Part shown: in pieces, positions 12,784-24,027 of the stretch
Layout of the letters: every line of letters starts with the position of its first letter
Position numbering within the stretch: position 1 is the first letter of the stretch
Source: Malacoraja senta
Lineage: Eukaryota
NCBI GenBank assembly: GCA_038087875.1
Contig: CM075978.1
Span: 175,150,001-175,214,000 of the forward strand
Length of the DNA stretch: 64,000 nt
Direction of reading: 5' to 3'
Position numbers and translations under genes: made by a program
Notes under the pieces: model-generated
Database searches by the model: none
Told to the model about the DNA's origin: nothing
What the model saw: the letters and a program-made list of their open reading frames with translations, nothing else

Positions 12784-14098
12784 CGGAGCTCTTCTTCTGG
12801 CGATCGTCGGTAAAGGATCCCCGGTTCCGCGCCGCGCTATCGGCTGAAGCTCCGGGCCCGGTATCCAGGAAAGGCGCACCACTCCAAGATGTTAGGCCGC
12901 AAAAGGAGGGGAGAGGGGCGGGGGAGATGCGACAAGGAGCAAATCGCATCTCCGTCGAAGTAAGTAATGTTTCCCCAAATCGCCCCCCCCCCCCCCCCAT
13001 CCCCACATAAACTAACCAAAAAACATTGGAAACCAAACGGAAGTTTCACATTTGCTATTTAGAACTATCCTGGAATAATTACTGAATCTATAGAACCACA
13101 GAGGATAATATCCAATATATTTTTTTTTAAATTCTACAAATCTGTGAACATTGAAGACTGAAGAAGCGTTTCGGCCCGAAACGTTGCATATTTCCTTCGC
13201 TCCATAGATGCTGCTGCACCCGCTGAGTTTCCCCAGCACTTTTGTCTACCTTCGATTTCCCAGCATCTGCAGTTCCTCCTTAAACAACATAGAAGACCAG
13301 CTGATTGTAATTCTTCAATGCTTGGGCGCATAAACCTCTTCAATGGTGGTAACTGGTCGAGATGCTGCCTCACATTGGCGGAGATCCTCGATCGATCCTA
13401 ACCTCGTTCGGTGCTGTCTGTGGGGAATTTGCAATTTCTCCTTGTAACCACATGGATTTTCTTCGTGTGCTCTGATTTCTTCCTACATCCCAAAGACTTG
13501 CTGCTTTGTTGGCTGCTGTAATTGGCCCTTAACATGTAGGTAGTGGGTGAGAAAGTGGGATAACATGGAGCTGGTGTGAAGGGGTGATCGATTGTTGGTG
13601 TGGATTAGGTGCTCCGTTGGGACTGTTCTATATTCTCTAAATTCTAAATTCTTTAGTAACATTTAGGGTTTGAAAGTATTTATTTTCCTTTATCCCCTGC
13701 GCCAGTCCTTTATTCAACGGCATATCCATAAGCCTCATTTGTCCTTTTCCCAAGGCAGAGATAATGTACAGTATATGATCATTTGTTCTACGCGTTGGTT
13801 TTCCTCTCCCATTCTAACTGCTGCAGTATCTTTAAAGCGCTTAGATTTGACTGGCGTGGCATTTCCTTGCGACACATTCCACGAATCCTATTTATGTATT
13901 TCTCGTTGCGTTACTTTGATATTATACTTTCGATTGGCCATATCATATAAAGCATATGTAAAAGTTAACCGGGTTTGTGACATAAGCGAAGCTGCATCAA
14001 ATTAAAACTTTTCATGATACACAAAATGTGCCATATTCTCTTGATAATATCTGCAACGTCTGTGTCCTCCGTGACATTAAGTGTGCTTTTCAGCGCTA

Positions 14099-14117
14099 TG
14101 ACGTCAAAAAGTGAAAC
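14099..14117 (+). promoter_or_regulatory. Adjacent CRE (TGACGTCA) and IRF-E-like (AAAAGTGAAAC) sites upstream of gene A
   Basis: Sequence TGACGTCAAAAAGTGAAAC lies 110-130 bp before the predicted ATG; motif match only. Confidence 0.4.
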
Positions 14118-14227
14118 AGAACCATTCGAGCCACGCGGTATTGCTGCAAGACGGTCGCCAACAAGCTTCACTGCTTGACTCGCTGTCAGAGAGCAAACAT
14201 CGTTGAATTTCATCATCTTGGCTCAGA

Positions 14228-14282
14228 ATGTTTATGTTTGCCGTGCTGCTGTGTCTCTCGATCCTGCGCATGAGTTACACAG
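14228..14282 (+). CDS. Gene A exon 1: signal peptide MFMFAVLLCLSILRMSYT
   Basis: ATG, hydrophobic core, phase-1 donor AG|GTTAAT, 170-bp intron joining in frame to the V exon. Confidence 0.8.
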
Positions 14283-14452
14283 GTTAATATATTTCCCTCT
14301 ATTAAACGAAAATAACAGGGAAAAGGTCAATCCGCAAAAAGTATAAGATGTACAACTCTTACTTTTCGGTCGAGCTATTTCAGCTATTTGGATTTTTATC
14401 AATCCGTTCATTGTCATTTCACATGTTTAACGTTTGTTTTTAATTCTGACAG

Positions 14453-14776
14453 TTACTGACGGGGCCTCCTCGTTCAGGGTGCGTCTGATTCCCGATAAGG
14501 TAACGAAAGTGAAAGGTGAAAATGTATCCCTATACTGTGCTTTCCCAATCTTCGGTCAGAAAGCACTGGTGGATGTATACTGGAAGAGAGACGGTCAAGA
14601 AGAGACTTTGAATCCCATCGCAAACAGGAGGATGATATTCAACAATGTCCTGAAGGGATCTGCCGAATTACATCTGTTGGACGTGAGCTTCCGTGACTCC
14701 GGGATCTATTATTGCAGTGTGAGAGGCGGGGAAGGAAAGAGTTCCAAAAGCAATGGCACGAGGATTATTGTACACG
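14453..14776 (+). CDS. Gene A exon 2: Ig V-set domain including the G strand (NKp30/SIRP-like)
   Basis: Acceptor ttctgacag| and donor G|GTGAGT, both phase 1; VSLYC..VYW..DSGIYYC; ends SNGTRIIVH. Confidence 0.95.
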
Positions 14777-17060
14777 GTGAGTCTTACTTGATGTTTCGAA
14801 TCACAATACAAAAACAAATATGGTGTGCTACAGAGTTATAAAGTAGCAATAAACGGGCCCTTTCTCAGTCTGTACTAGAGGTTTTGCTCTAGCGATTTAA
14901 GTAATTGGTTTTTCGTGATTGTTGCACCATGAGATCTTTGGACAATCATTATTCTTTAATTTCATATCATTTAGTTATCATTTTTATGTGTAGGGTTAAT
15001 TTTCGAGGCGAGCCCTCAACTGCATCCTGCGAAAGGAGTATAGATTAAGATTGCAGATAGCAGTCAATGAAATATAAACCATCATATGTTAACGAGTATT
15101 GTATCTGCAGTCGTTTAGTCAAAAAAACTACGTTCGAGTCGATACCTGTGATATCCAGATGATGGAGCATTCTTGGGGGATCGCGAATTGAGCTCTATGT
15201 TGCAGAATATCCATGTTTGACCATTTATGTAGCTATTTCTAGTCCAACTAGTAAGTGTTAACAAAACGTGTGTTGTTAGAAGAAACATTTGGTGAATAGT
15301 GAGCCTGATATATTCTAACCGCAAACTTGTGTAAGACTATTCCACCGTGATTTTAGGAATTCATAGTTTCAAAGAAAATCAATGATAAAATACGAGTCAC
15401 AACATATCTGCGACTACAGAAATTAGTTTCTGCCGAGAACGTTATAGCGGAAGTAACAAAAGTTCATGATGAAAATTGTTCAAGAAATTCAGAGGTATAG
15501 CAAGGAAGAATAGGTGGGGTGCGTGGTGGCGTATTAGTGTCGGTGGAAGACAAAAAAACATTACATGATAAACGGGGGGAAATCTGAGAATAATGCAACG
15601 TCACAAAATATGTAAACAAAGGAGATAAATGTAGTACCAGAATTCAAATGATTAAATTGCAAATTGAGAATATTAATCAAAACGTTTTCCGTCAATTTAC
15701 GTTGAGTTTCATTGGAACCCAGCAGAGCGTCGAGTGGGAGAACAGAAGCTTCAATACGAATGACAATTGCACGTCAGTGTCATACTCGATTTCTGGGTGG
15801 AAATATGCCAGAAAGCTTCACCCAACTGAGTAAGGTCTTCCCACCGCACATTTCAATCCCACATCAACAACTACTGAATACACACAGACACGCTACCATA
15901 CCTTGTCCAGTTTAAGTGCCGTGACATGCATTGCGAACAGGACAAATACCTAAAGCACCCCATCATTTTCGAAACTTATAACTGCTCAAAAATCAATCAA
16001 CAACTCCTAAACATAGAACATGAATAGGCCCTTCGGCCCACAATTCCAGTGCCGAATATGGTGCCAAACTAAATAAATCTCCGCTCTGTGTGAGACATAT
16101 CCTTTCATTCCCTGTATTTGCCTATTTAAAAATATCTAAGATGCCCCTATCGTATCTGCCTCTGCAACTACGCATGATGTAGTTAAGCTGGAAAGGGTAT
16201 AGAGCAGATTTACGAGGATGTTGCCACCACGCCAGGGTCTCAGCTATAGGGAGAGCCGAAGCAGGCCAGGACTTTATTCTATTGCAGCCCAGGAGCGTAA
16301 GGAGTGTATCTGATCATGACCGGGATAAATCGGTAATGTGCAAAGCCTTTTACCCGGAGTAGTGGAATCAAGTCCTTGTAAACGAAACATTTCAACACAT
16401 TAAATTACAATAACCGAGGAAAAGAAGTTTGCGTTGCAATTGAGAGATCAATTATGTGCCCGCCACCAGGAAAGCGAAATTGTCAGTCCCATGCACCCTT
16501 TCTTTCTTGGAACGCTTAAATTGCTTTCCACCAGGTGTTTATTTAATTTATTTTTCACGATCTGATTAGCTCTGCTTCCAGCACATTTCCGATCACTACT
16601 TGTGAAACATTCCCGGAAATTCTCTGGTGAGAGCACTTGCATAGATCAGTTTGGGATGGAGATCAAAGATTTACCATCCGATGTGGACATAATGCTTTTG
16701 TTACGTGGACGGGAGCAAAATGGTGACGCTCCTTTGCCTTTATAGATGGTGTCCTATTTGGTGTTAAGTAATGGCTGTTGCTAAACATTTCATTCTATTA
16801 AATCACCCCCCCCCCTCCTCGATCAGCCCCATTTTAATCAAATGCATGCATATTTTATCCCTAAATCCTTTCCAGTGGCCTTCCTTCCACAGACTCGTTT
16901 ACAGTTCCCATGCTTTTCCTTGCAGCCCTTCTCAAATATAGCCACAATATTAGTCATCCACCAGTCTTCATAAAGATCTTTACATGCTAATCCTCTGTTG
17001 ATACACACTCTTATTTTGATGTTTTGGTTTCATTGATTCTCGACGTCTCTAGATTAATTC

Positions 17061-19551
17061 CATTCAAGGGTGAAATTTTAAGAGTACAGAATCTTTATGT
17101 CCCTGTTCGGTTGAAAGGAAATAGTAAAAAATGGAAAGAGCCATGGTTTTCAAGGGAAATTGGACACTTGGTTCGGAAAAAGAGAGAGATCTACAATAAT
17201 TATAGGCAGCATGGAGTAAATGAGGTGCTTGAGGAGTATAAAGAATGTAAAAAGAATATTAAGAAAGAAATTAGAAAAGCTAAAAGAAGATATGAGGTTG
17301 CTTTGGCAAGTAAGGTGAAAGTAAATCCAAAGGGTTTCTACAGCTATATTAATTAGTAAAAGGATAACAAGGAATAAAATCGGTCCATTTGAGAGTCAGA
17401 GTGGACAGCTATCTGCAGAGCCAAAAGAGATGGGGGAGATATTGAACAATTTCTTTTCTTCGGTATTCACGAAGGAGAAGGATATGGAATTATGTGAGGT
17501 AAGGGAAACGAGCAGAGTAGCAATGGAAAATTGTGAGATTCGGGACTTCCGGTGGCGCTATGGAGGCTTGAGTCCAGCGCCAACTAGCNNNNNNNNNNNN
17601 NNNNNNNNNNNNNNNNNNNNNNNNNNNNNNNNNNNNNNNNNNNNNNNNNNNNNNNNNNNNNNNNNNNNNNNNNNNNNNNNNNNNNNNNNNNNNNNNNNNN
17701 NNNNNNNNNNNNNNNNNNNNNNNNNNNNNNNNNNNNNNNNNNNNNNNNNNNNNNNNNNNNNNNNNNNNNNNNNNNNNNNNNNNNNNNNTACTGGAAAACA
17801 CTTCCTATCTCAATGGTTGGCAAAATTAATGCTATAAAAATGATTTTTTTTACCGCAAATATTATACCTTTTTCAGACAATTCCGATATATCTGACAAAA
17901 AAACTTTTAAAAAAAAACTGGACTCTATTGTTAATGATTTTATCTGGGATTATAAGAATCATAGGATAAACAAAAGACCCTTGTGTAAATCAAAAATAAA
18001 TGGAGGCTTGGTTTTACCCAACTTTTTGTTTTATTTCTGGGCTGTTAATATTAAAAATATGAATTTCTGGTTGGAAGAAATAGATCATCAACCAGACTGG
18101 TTAAAAATGGAAAAGGAAGATTGTTTACCTTTTGATATCGGTTCGATATTATTTGCTACGTCTAAATTAAACAAAAAAAATTATAGGGAAAACCCTATAA
18201 TATTTAGTGCTATACGAATTTGGAAACAATTAAAAAAGACATTAAAATTAGATAATTTATCACTTTTTCTTCCAATTGTGAATAACCCTTTGTTTAAGCC
18301 TTCATGGTTGGACGGGGGTTTTACACAATGGAAGAATTATGGAATTAAAAATATGGGACAACTTTATAAGGAAGGCACCTTTCTGACATTTCAGGAGTTG
18401 CAACAGACTTATGGACTTCGAGGAAATGATTATTTCAGATATCTTCAACTTAGAGATTATGTAAAATCGAACTCTCAAAATTTTCGAATTAGAAATTCAG
18501 AAATTCTTGATGAATGTTGGAACAAACATCCTAATACAGAAAAATTAATATCTTATATATATAATATCTTATTAGACAGTGACATTCCTTCGACGGAATT
18601 ACACAGACAAACATGGGAAAAAGAATTAAATCAAGTAATAACGAAAGATACTTGGGAAGAAAGTTTGCAACACATACATCAGTGCTCACTAAACGCCAGA
18701 CATTCTCTAATACAATTTAAAGTAATACATAGGTTACATTATTCAAAAACAAAACTACATAAAATTTTTCAACATATCTCACCTATATGTGATAAATGTC
18801 AGCATTTAGAAGCTACATTATCTCATATGTTTGCAAACTGTATAAAAATTAAAAAATTCTGGGTAAATATTTTCAGTATAATATCTAAAGTAACCGGCAC
18901 ACAATTGGACCCAGATCCAAAATTAATAATACTCGGATTATTAGAATTAAATCAAACATTTAGAACAACACAAAGAAACTTTATTGATTATAGTTTAATA
19001 ACAGGAAAAAAATTAATTCTAAAATTTTGGAAAGGCCCTATGGCCCCCACAATCAAAATGTGGATTATAGAAATGACGGAGACCTTAAACGTGGAAAGAA
19101 TCAGATTTTCCCTGTTGGACAAACAGGAATTATTCGTAGGAACATGGTCTCCTTTTATTGATTACTTAAAGGGTCAGAATAGTTCAGCACAGGAACCTGA
19201 CTAGCACTCGGGCTAAAGAATGGATGAAATGCTATACTCTGAAATGTACGAATATATCTCGAATGAAGTTTTTTATTTTAATAAATTTTTCCATTCTTCT
19301 TTAACTATTTTTCTCCTTTTTTTTTTTTTTTTTTCTTTGTTTTTTTTTATTTTTTTTTTAATTCTTCTTCTCTTTCTTTTCTTTCTTTACTTCATCTATC
19401 TCTTTAGTTCTATCTAGTTTAAAAAATAAAAAAATAAAAAGGCAAAAGGTATTGGAGACAATGTAATAATAATTGACAATATTATCAATTTAAAAATGTT
19501 AGACTGTAATGATGTAAATAGGTTGTGTACTTATCTCCAATAATAAAAAAT

Positions 19552-19584
<33 letters not shown>

Positions 19585-21277
19585 AAACTGTGAGATTCAA
19601 AGAAGAGGAGGTGCGGACACTTTTGAAAAATATGAAAACGGATAAGTCTCCAGGTCCTGACAGGATATTCCCTAGGACATTGAGGGAAGTTAGTGTAGAA
19701 ATAGCAGGGGCTATGACAGAAATATTTCAAATGTCATTAGAAACGGGAATAGTGCCGGAGGATTGGCGTACTGCGCATGTTGTTCCGTTGTTTAAAAAGG
19801 GTTCGAAGAGTAAACCTAGCAATTATAGACCTGTTAGTTTGACGTCAGTGGTGGGCAAATTAATGGAAAGGATACTTAAAGATAATATATATAAGCATCT
19901 GGATAAGCAGGGTCTGATTAGGAACAGTCAACATGGATTTGTGCCTGGAAGGTCATGCTTGACTAATCTTCTTGAATTTTTCGAAGAGGTTACTAGGGAA
20001 ATTGATGAGGGTAAAGCAGTGGATGTTGTCTATATGGACTTCAGTAAGGCCTTTGACAAGGTTCCTCATGGAAGGTTGGTTAAGAAGATTCAATTGTTGG
20101 GTATTAATGGTGGAGTAGCAAGATGGATTCAACAGTGGCTGAATGGGAGATGCCAGAGAGTAATGGTGGATGGCTGTTTGTCAGGTTGGAGGCCAGTGAC
20201 TAGTGGGGTGCCTCAGGGGTCTGTGTTGGGTCCACTGTTGTTTGTCATGTACATCAATGATCTGGATGAAGGTGTGGAAAATTGGATTAGTAAGTATGCA
20301 GATGATACTAAGATAGGTGGTGTTGTGGATAATGAAGTAGATTTTCAAAGTCTACAGAGAGATTTAGGCCATTTGGAAGAGTGGGCTGAAAGATGGCAGA
20401 TGGAGTTTAATGCTGACAAATGTGAGGTGCTACATCTCGGCAGGACAAATCAAAATAGGACGTACACGGTAAATGGTAGCGAATTGAGGAATGCAGTTGA
20501 ACAGAGGGATCTAGGAATAACTGTGCATAGTTCCCTGAAGGTGGAATCTCATGTAGATAGGGTGGTAAAGAAAGCTTTTGGTGTGCTGGCCTTTATAAAT
20601 CAGAGCATTGAATATAGAAGTTGGGATGTAATGTTAAAATTGTACAAGGCATTGGTGAGGCCAATTCTGGAGTATGGAGTACAATTTTGGTCGCCTAATT
20701 ATAGGAAGGATGTCAACAAAATAGAGAGAGTACAGAGGAGATTTACTAGAATGTTGCCTGGGTTTCAGCAACTAAGTTACAGAGAAAGGTTGAACAAGTT
20801 AGGTCTTTATTCTTTGGAGCGCAGAAGGTTAAGAGGGGACTTGATAGAGGTCTTTAAAATTATGAGCGGGTTAGACAGAGTGGACGTGGATAAGCTTTTC
20901 CCATTGAGAGTAGGGAAGATTCAAACAAGGGGACGTGACTTGAGAATTAAGGGACAGAAGTTTAGGGGGAACATTAGGGGGAACTTCTTTACTCAGAGAG
21001 CGGTAGCTGTGTGGAATGAGCTTCCAGTGGAAGTGGTGGAGGCAGGTTCGATGTTATCCTTTAAAAATAGATTGGATGGGTATATGGACGGGAAAGGAAT
21101 GGAGGGTTATGGTCTGAGTGCAGGTAGATGGGACTAGGGGGAAGTATTTTATTTTTAATTAAAAAAAATATATATATATATATATATATATATTAAATGT
21201 TCGGCACGGACTTGAAGGGCCGAGATGGCCTGTTTCCGTGCTGTTATGGTTATATGGTTATATGGTTATATGGTTAT
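17061..21277 (+). mobile_element. 5'-truncated CR1 LINE (same subfamily as 8206-12783) split by an L1 insertion; RT open 19590-21137
   Basis: Near-identical to 10660-12783 by eye; GVPQGSVLGP, YADDTK; (ATATGGTT)n tail. Confidence 0.95.
17542..19583 (+). mobile_element. L1/Tx1-clade LINE with both ends present, interior hidden by an assembly gap
   Basis: 5' end gggacttccggtggcgct; 200 N (17589-17788); open ORF2 C-terminus 17813-19204 with CDKC..H...C motif; aataa signal and poly(A); TSD gaaa(at/c)tgtgagattc on both sides. Confidence 0.9.
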
Positions 21278-21765
21278 AAGACACAACCGATGTGTTAACT
21301 CGCATCACCACATTCTAAATTAACTGCCCCACCCCCAACCCCCTGCCTGCCACCCGTGTTCCCTTTTTACCTTTATTTTGTACATTAAAACTAAGGTGTC
21401 TTCGTCGTTTATCCTATTAAAATTTATCAGATTACTTTTAAAAGTTCATATGAAATACAACTCTGCAGAACTTTTTCAAACTTGATCGGATCTTCCCACG
21501 GATTCCCAGTATTGTTTATTGTCGCTCATAAAACTACCCTTTTCACTCAAAACGTTATTTATTTTCCGGGTAACACGAGATACTACCCATTATGTCAAAC
21601 GTGCAAATTATTCTGCGCGTTGTCCCTCACAAGGCTTTCACGCATACATAAAGCTGCTTCTCTCTTTCAGCATATTTTACATATAATACAAAAATAACTA
21701 AATTTACGATTTAATTAACGCAATTTTCCGTTTGATTGGACCACCTTGAACTCTGCTTTGTCTGG

Positions 21766-21803
21766 TCGGTTACCTACAACGTTGCAACGTTGTAGGTAAC
21801 CGA
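21766..21803. repeat. Perfect 38-bp spacerless palindrome
   Basis: tcggttacctacaacgttgcaacgttgtaggtaaccga equals its own reverse complement (checked base by base). Confidence 0.95.
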
Positions 21804-22368
21804 AATCGCCCTATCACCAACTAGAGAGAAGTCAAGTCCTACCATCTACCATACAGGAGATTCTCAAACTATCTTTTTATCGGACTTTACTGGACTTTAT
21901 CTTGAGCTAAACGCACGCCGGTAATATTGAATATGTACAATGTGGACGGCTTGATCGTTATCATGTGTAGTATTTTCGCTGATTGAATAACACACAACAA
22001 AAAAGCATTTCACTGTGGCTCGGGGCACGTGATAATAAACTGAAACTGTGTAGCACAAAAAAAATAGAATCCCCCATGACAAGGAAATCTCGGAGGCAAG
22101 GTAGCTTTATCAAAGAGAGATGACCGAATGCTCTGTGCTCTATTTCACAGAGACTTGGCTCACCCATCCTCCCCAGACTCACCCAGACTCCCCAGCCGTC
22201 CATGCCGATAGTTTCTCCATTCGTCGCATGGACTGAAGGAAGGCATTGGGGAAAGTGATAGGTGGTCACATCTACCTCACATAGCGCTCAGATATAGTGG
22301 TTCTGTCCAACTGCGTTATAACAAGTGTTTACTGTACTATATATTTCCAACAACGTAGCTGAAATACT

Positions 22369-22467
22369 GTCTGTCTGAAGAAGGGTTTCGGCCCGAAACG
22401 TTGCCTATTTCCTTCGCTCCATAGATGCTGCTGCACCCGCTGAGTTTCTCCAGCATTTTTGTGTACC
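22369..22467 (+). mobile_element. 99-bp Penelope-derived unit flanked by a 13-bp direct repeat
   Basis: tagctgaaatact at 22356-22368 and 22468-22480; core matches 5241-5333 and 60623-60713. Confidence 0.85.
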
Positions 22468-22595
22468 TAGCTGAAATACTTTACTATTTAAGGAACGCCC
22501 AAGAAGGTATGGTATTATACATTTCGAAAGCGATTCTATTGTCTTCTAAATAAACATATAGGGGTACTAACTCCTTTGTCTTAAATTGTTTACAG

Positions 22596-22877
22596 TGTCA
22601 CCGACGCCTTTGAAGATTAAACAAATGGACACTCCTTCCCTGGCCCTAAACTGTACAACTGCTCCGTTTTTCCCGGAGGACTGTGAACTTACCTGGTATA
22701 AAGATGACCATGAAATCACTTCTGGAATAAGTACCACTAAAATACGGAACGATGAGGGCTTATACCTTGCTTCCAGCTTCCTGCGTGTAGTGGATAGCCG
22801 ATCGGTTTATAGTTGCCACCTATCTCACGTCACCCTCCTGGTTCGGACCATTGAAACTCACAGATTTCCTGGAATCG
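22596..22877 (+). CDS. Gene A exon 3: Ig C1-set domain
   Basis: Acceptor ttgtttacag| and donor G|GTATGA, phase 1/1; LNC...FFP....LTWYK...YSCHLSH is the C1 pattern (F[YF]P, W, YxCxxxH). Confidence 0.93.
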
Positions 22878-24027
22878 GTATGAGGTTTATACCTTCAATA
22901 ACGTCCCGAGATATATCACTGTTTTTTATGTCAAGGAATTTCATGAATTCCCACCCAACACTTACGCCAGACCGTTTTTAAGTATTTGAATGGAGATTGT
23001 GAGCATGCCTTTGTTGAAATGGAAAGGTATGACAGTCTATGAAATTAGATACTGGTTAGTAAGAGATATCGCGCAAAGATGACAGTTGTATTTGCATGTT
23101 TGTATAATAGCGGACGCTGGAACTCGCTGTTTATCTCCGATCATATAGATCTCTACAGCATGGAAGCATGGCCCTTCGGCACGCCCCGTCCACGTCAAGC
23201 AAATTGCCATTCTGGCCTAGACCCATCTCTCCGAATTTGACCATTTCCCCTCTAAATCTTTCCTATCCAAATATCTATCCACATATCATTTGAAAATCCG
23301 CAAATGTATACGCTTCCGTAGCTTCCTCGGAAAGAAATTGCCCCTTGGGACCCACGTAACCTTCCATGTTAAGAATCCATTACCCTGGCAAAAACGACTG
23401 TAAGCATTCACTTTCTCTACGCCCATCATAATTATATATACTTGAATTAGGTAAACCTCCTATGCCTCATGGGAAGAGGTCACAACTTATTCAGCATCAC
23501 CGGATAACTCCAGCCATGAATTCCAGATAATACCTTGGTGAATCCTTTCTGCACCTTTCCAACATAATGACATGGTACGTATAGCAGGATGACCAAGACT
23601 GCACACAGAACACCAACGAGTCATCTCAGCAAATACTTGTAAAGCTGTTTCCCTGCATAATAAGGGATCTGTTTTCTGTTTATATGTAAATTAATTTTCA
23701 ATCTTATCGCTGTAACATTGGAGACTGGAGAGGGGTTGTAATCCAACATATTTCAAGTTCCAAGGGTCAAAAACAACAAGACAGAGGCCAAGGGAGATTT
23801 TATGGCATTAACACAGATGATTTATTTTTCATTAACTCAGATGATTTATTTTTTCATCGTTGCTGATCTGTGATGAGATTCAAACAGAAGAGGAAAATGA
23901 AAAGAAAGGAGAAATAAGAAAATGTTCGAATGGTCATACACACAATACGGATAAACGATAATTCCGGTTGATGGGCGTTCCTCAGAACGGTCTGATCTGT
24001 TCTGTGCTCCCAGACATTTCAAGACAG

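Noticed and set aside
15723-15829. Possible extra exon in gene A intron 2 (cag| ... |GTAAGG)
   Set aside because: Length is not a multiple of 3 and the phase-1 frame has a stop.
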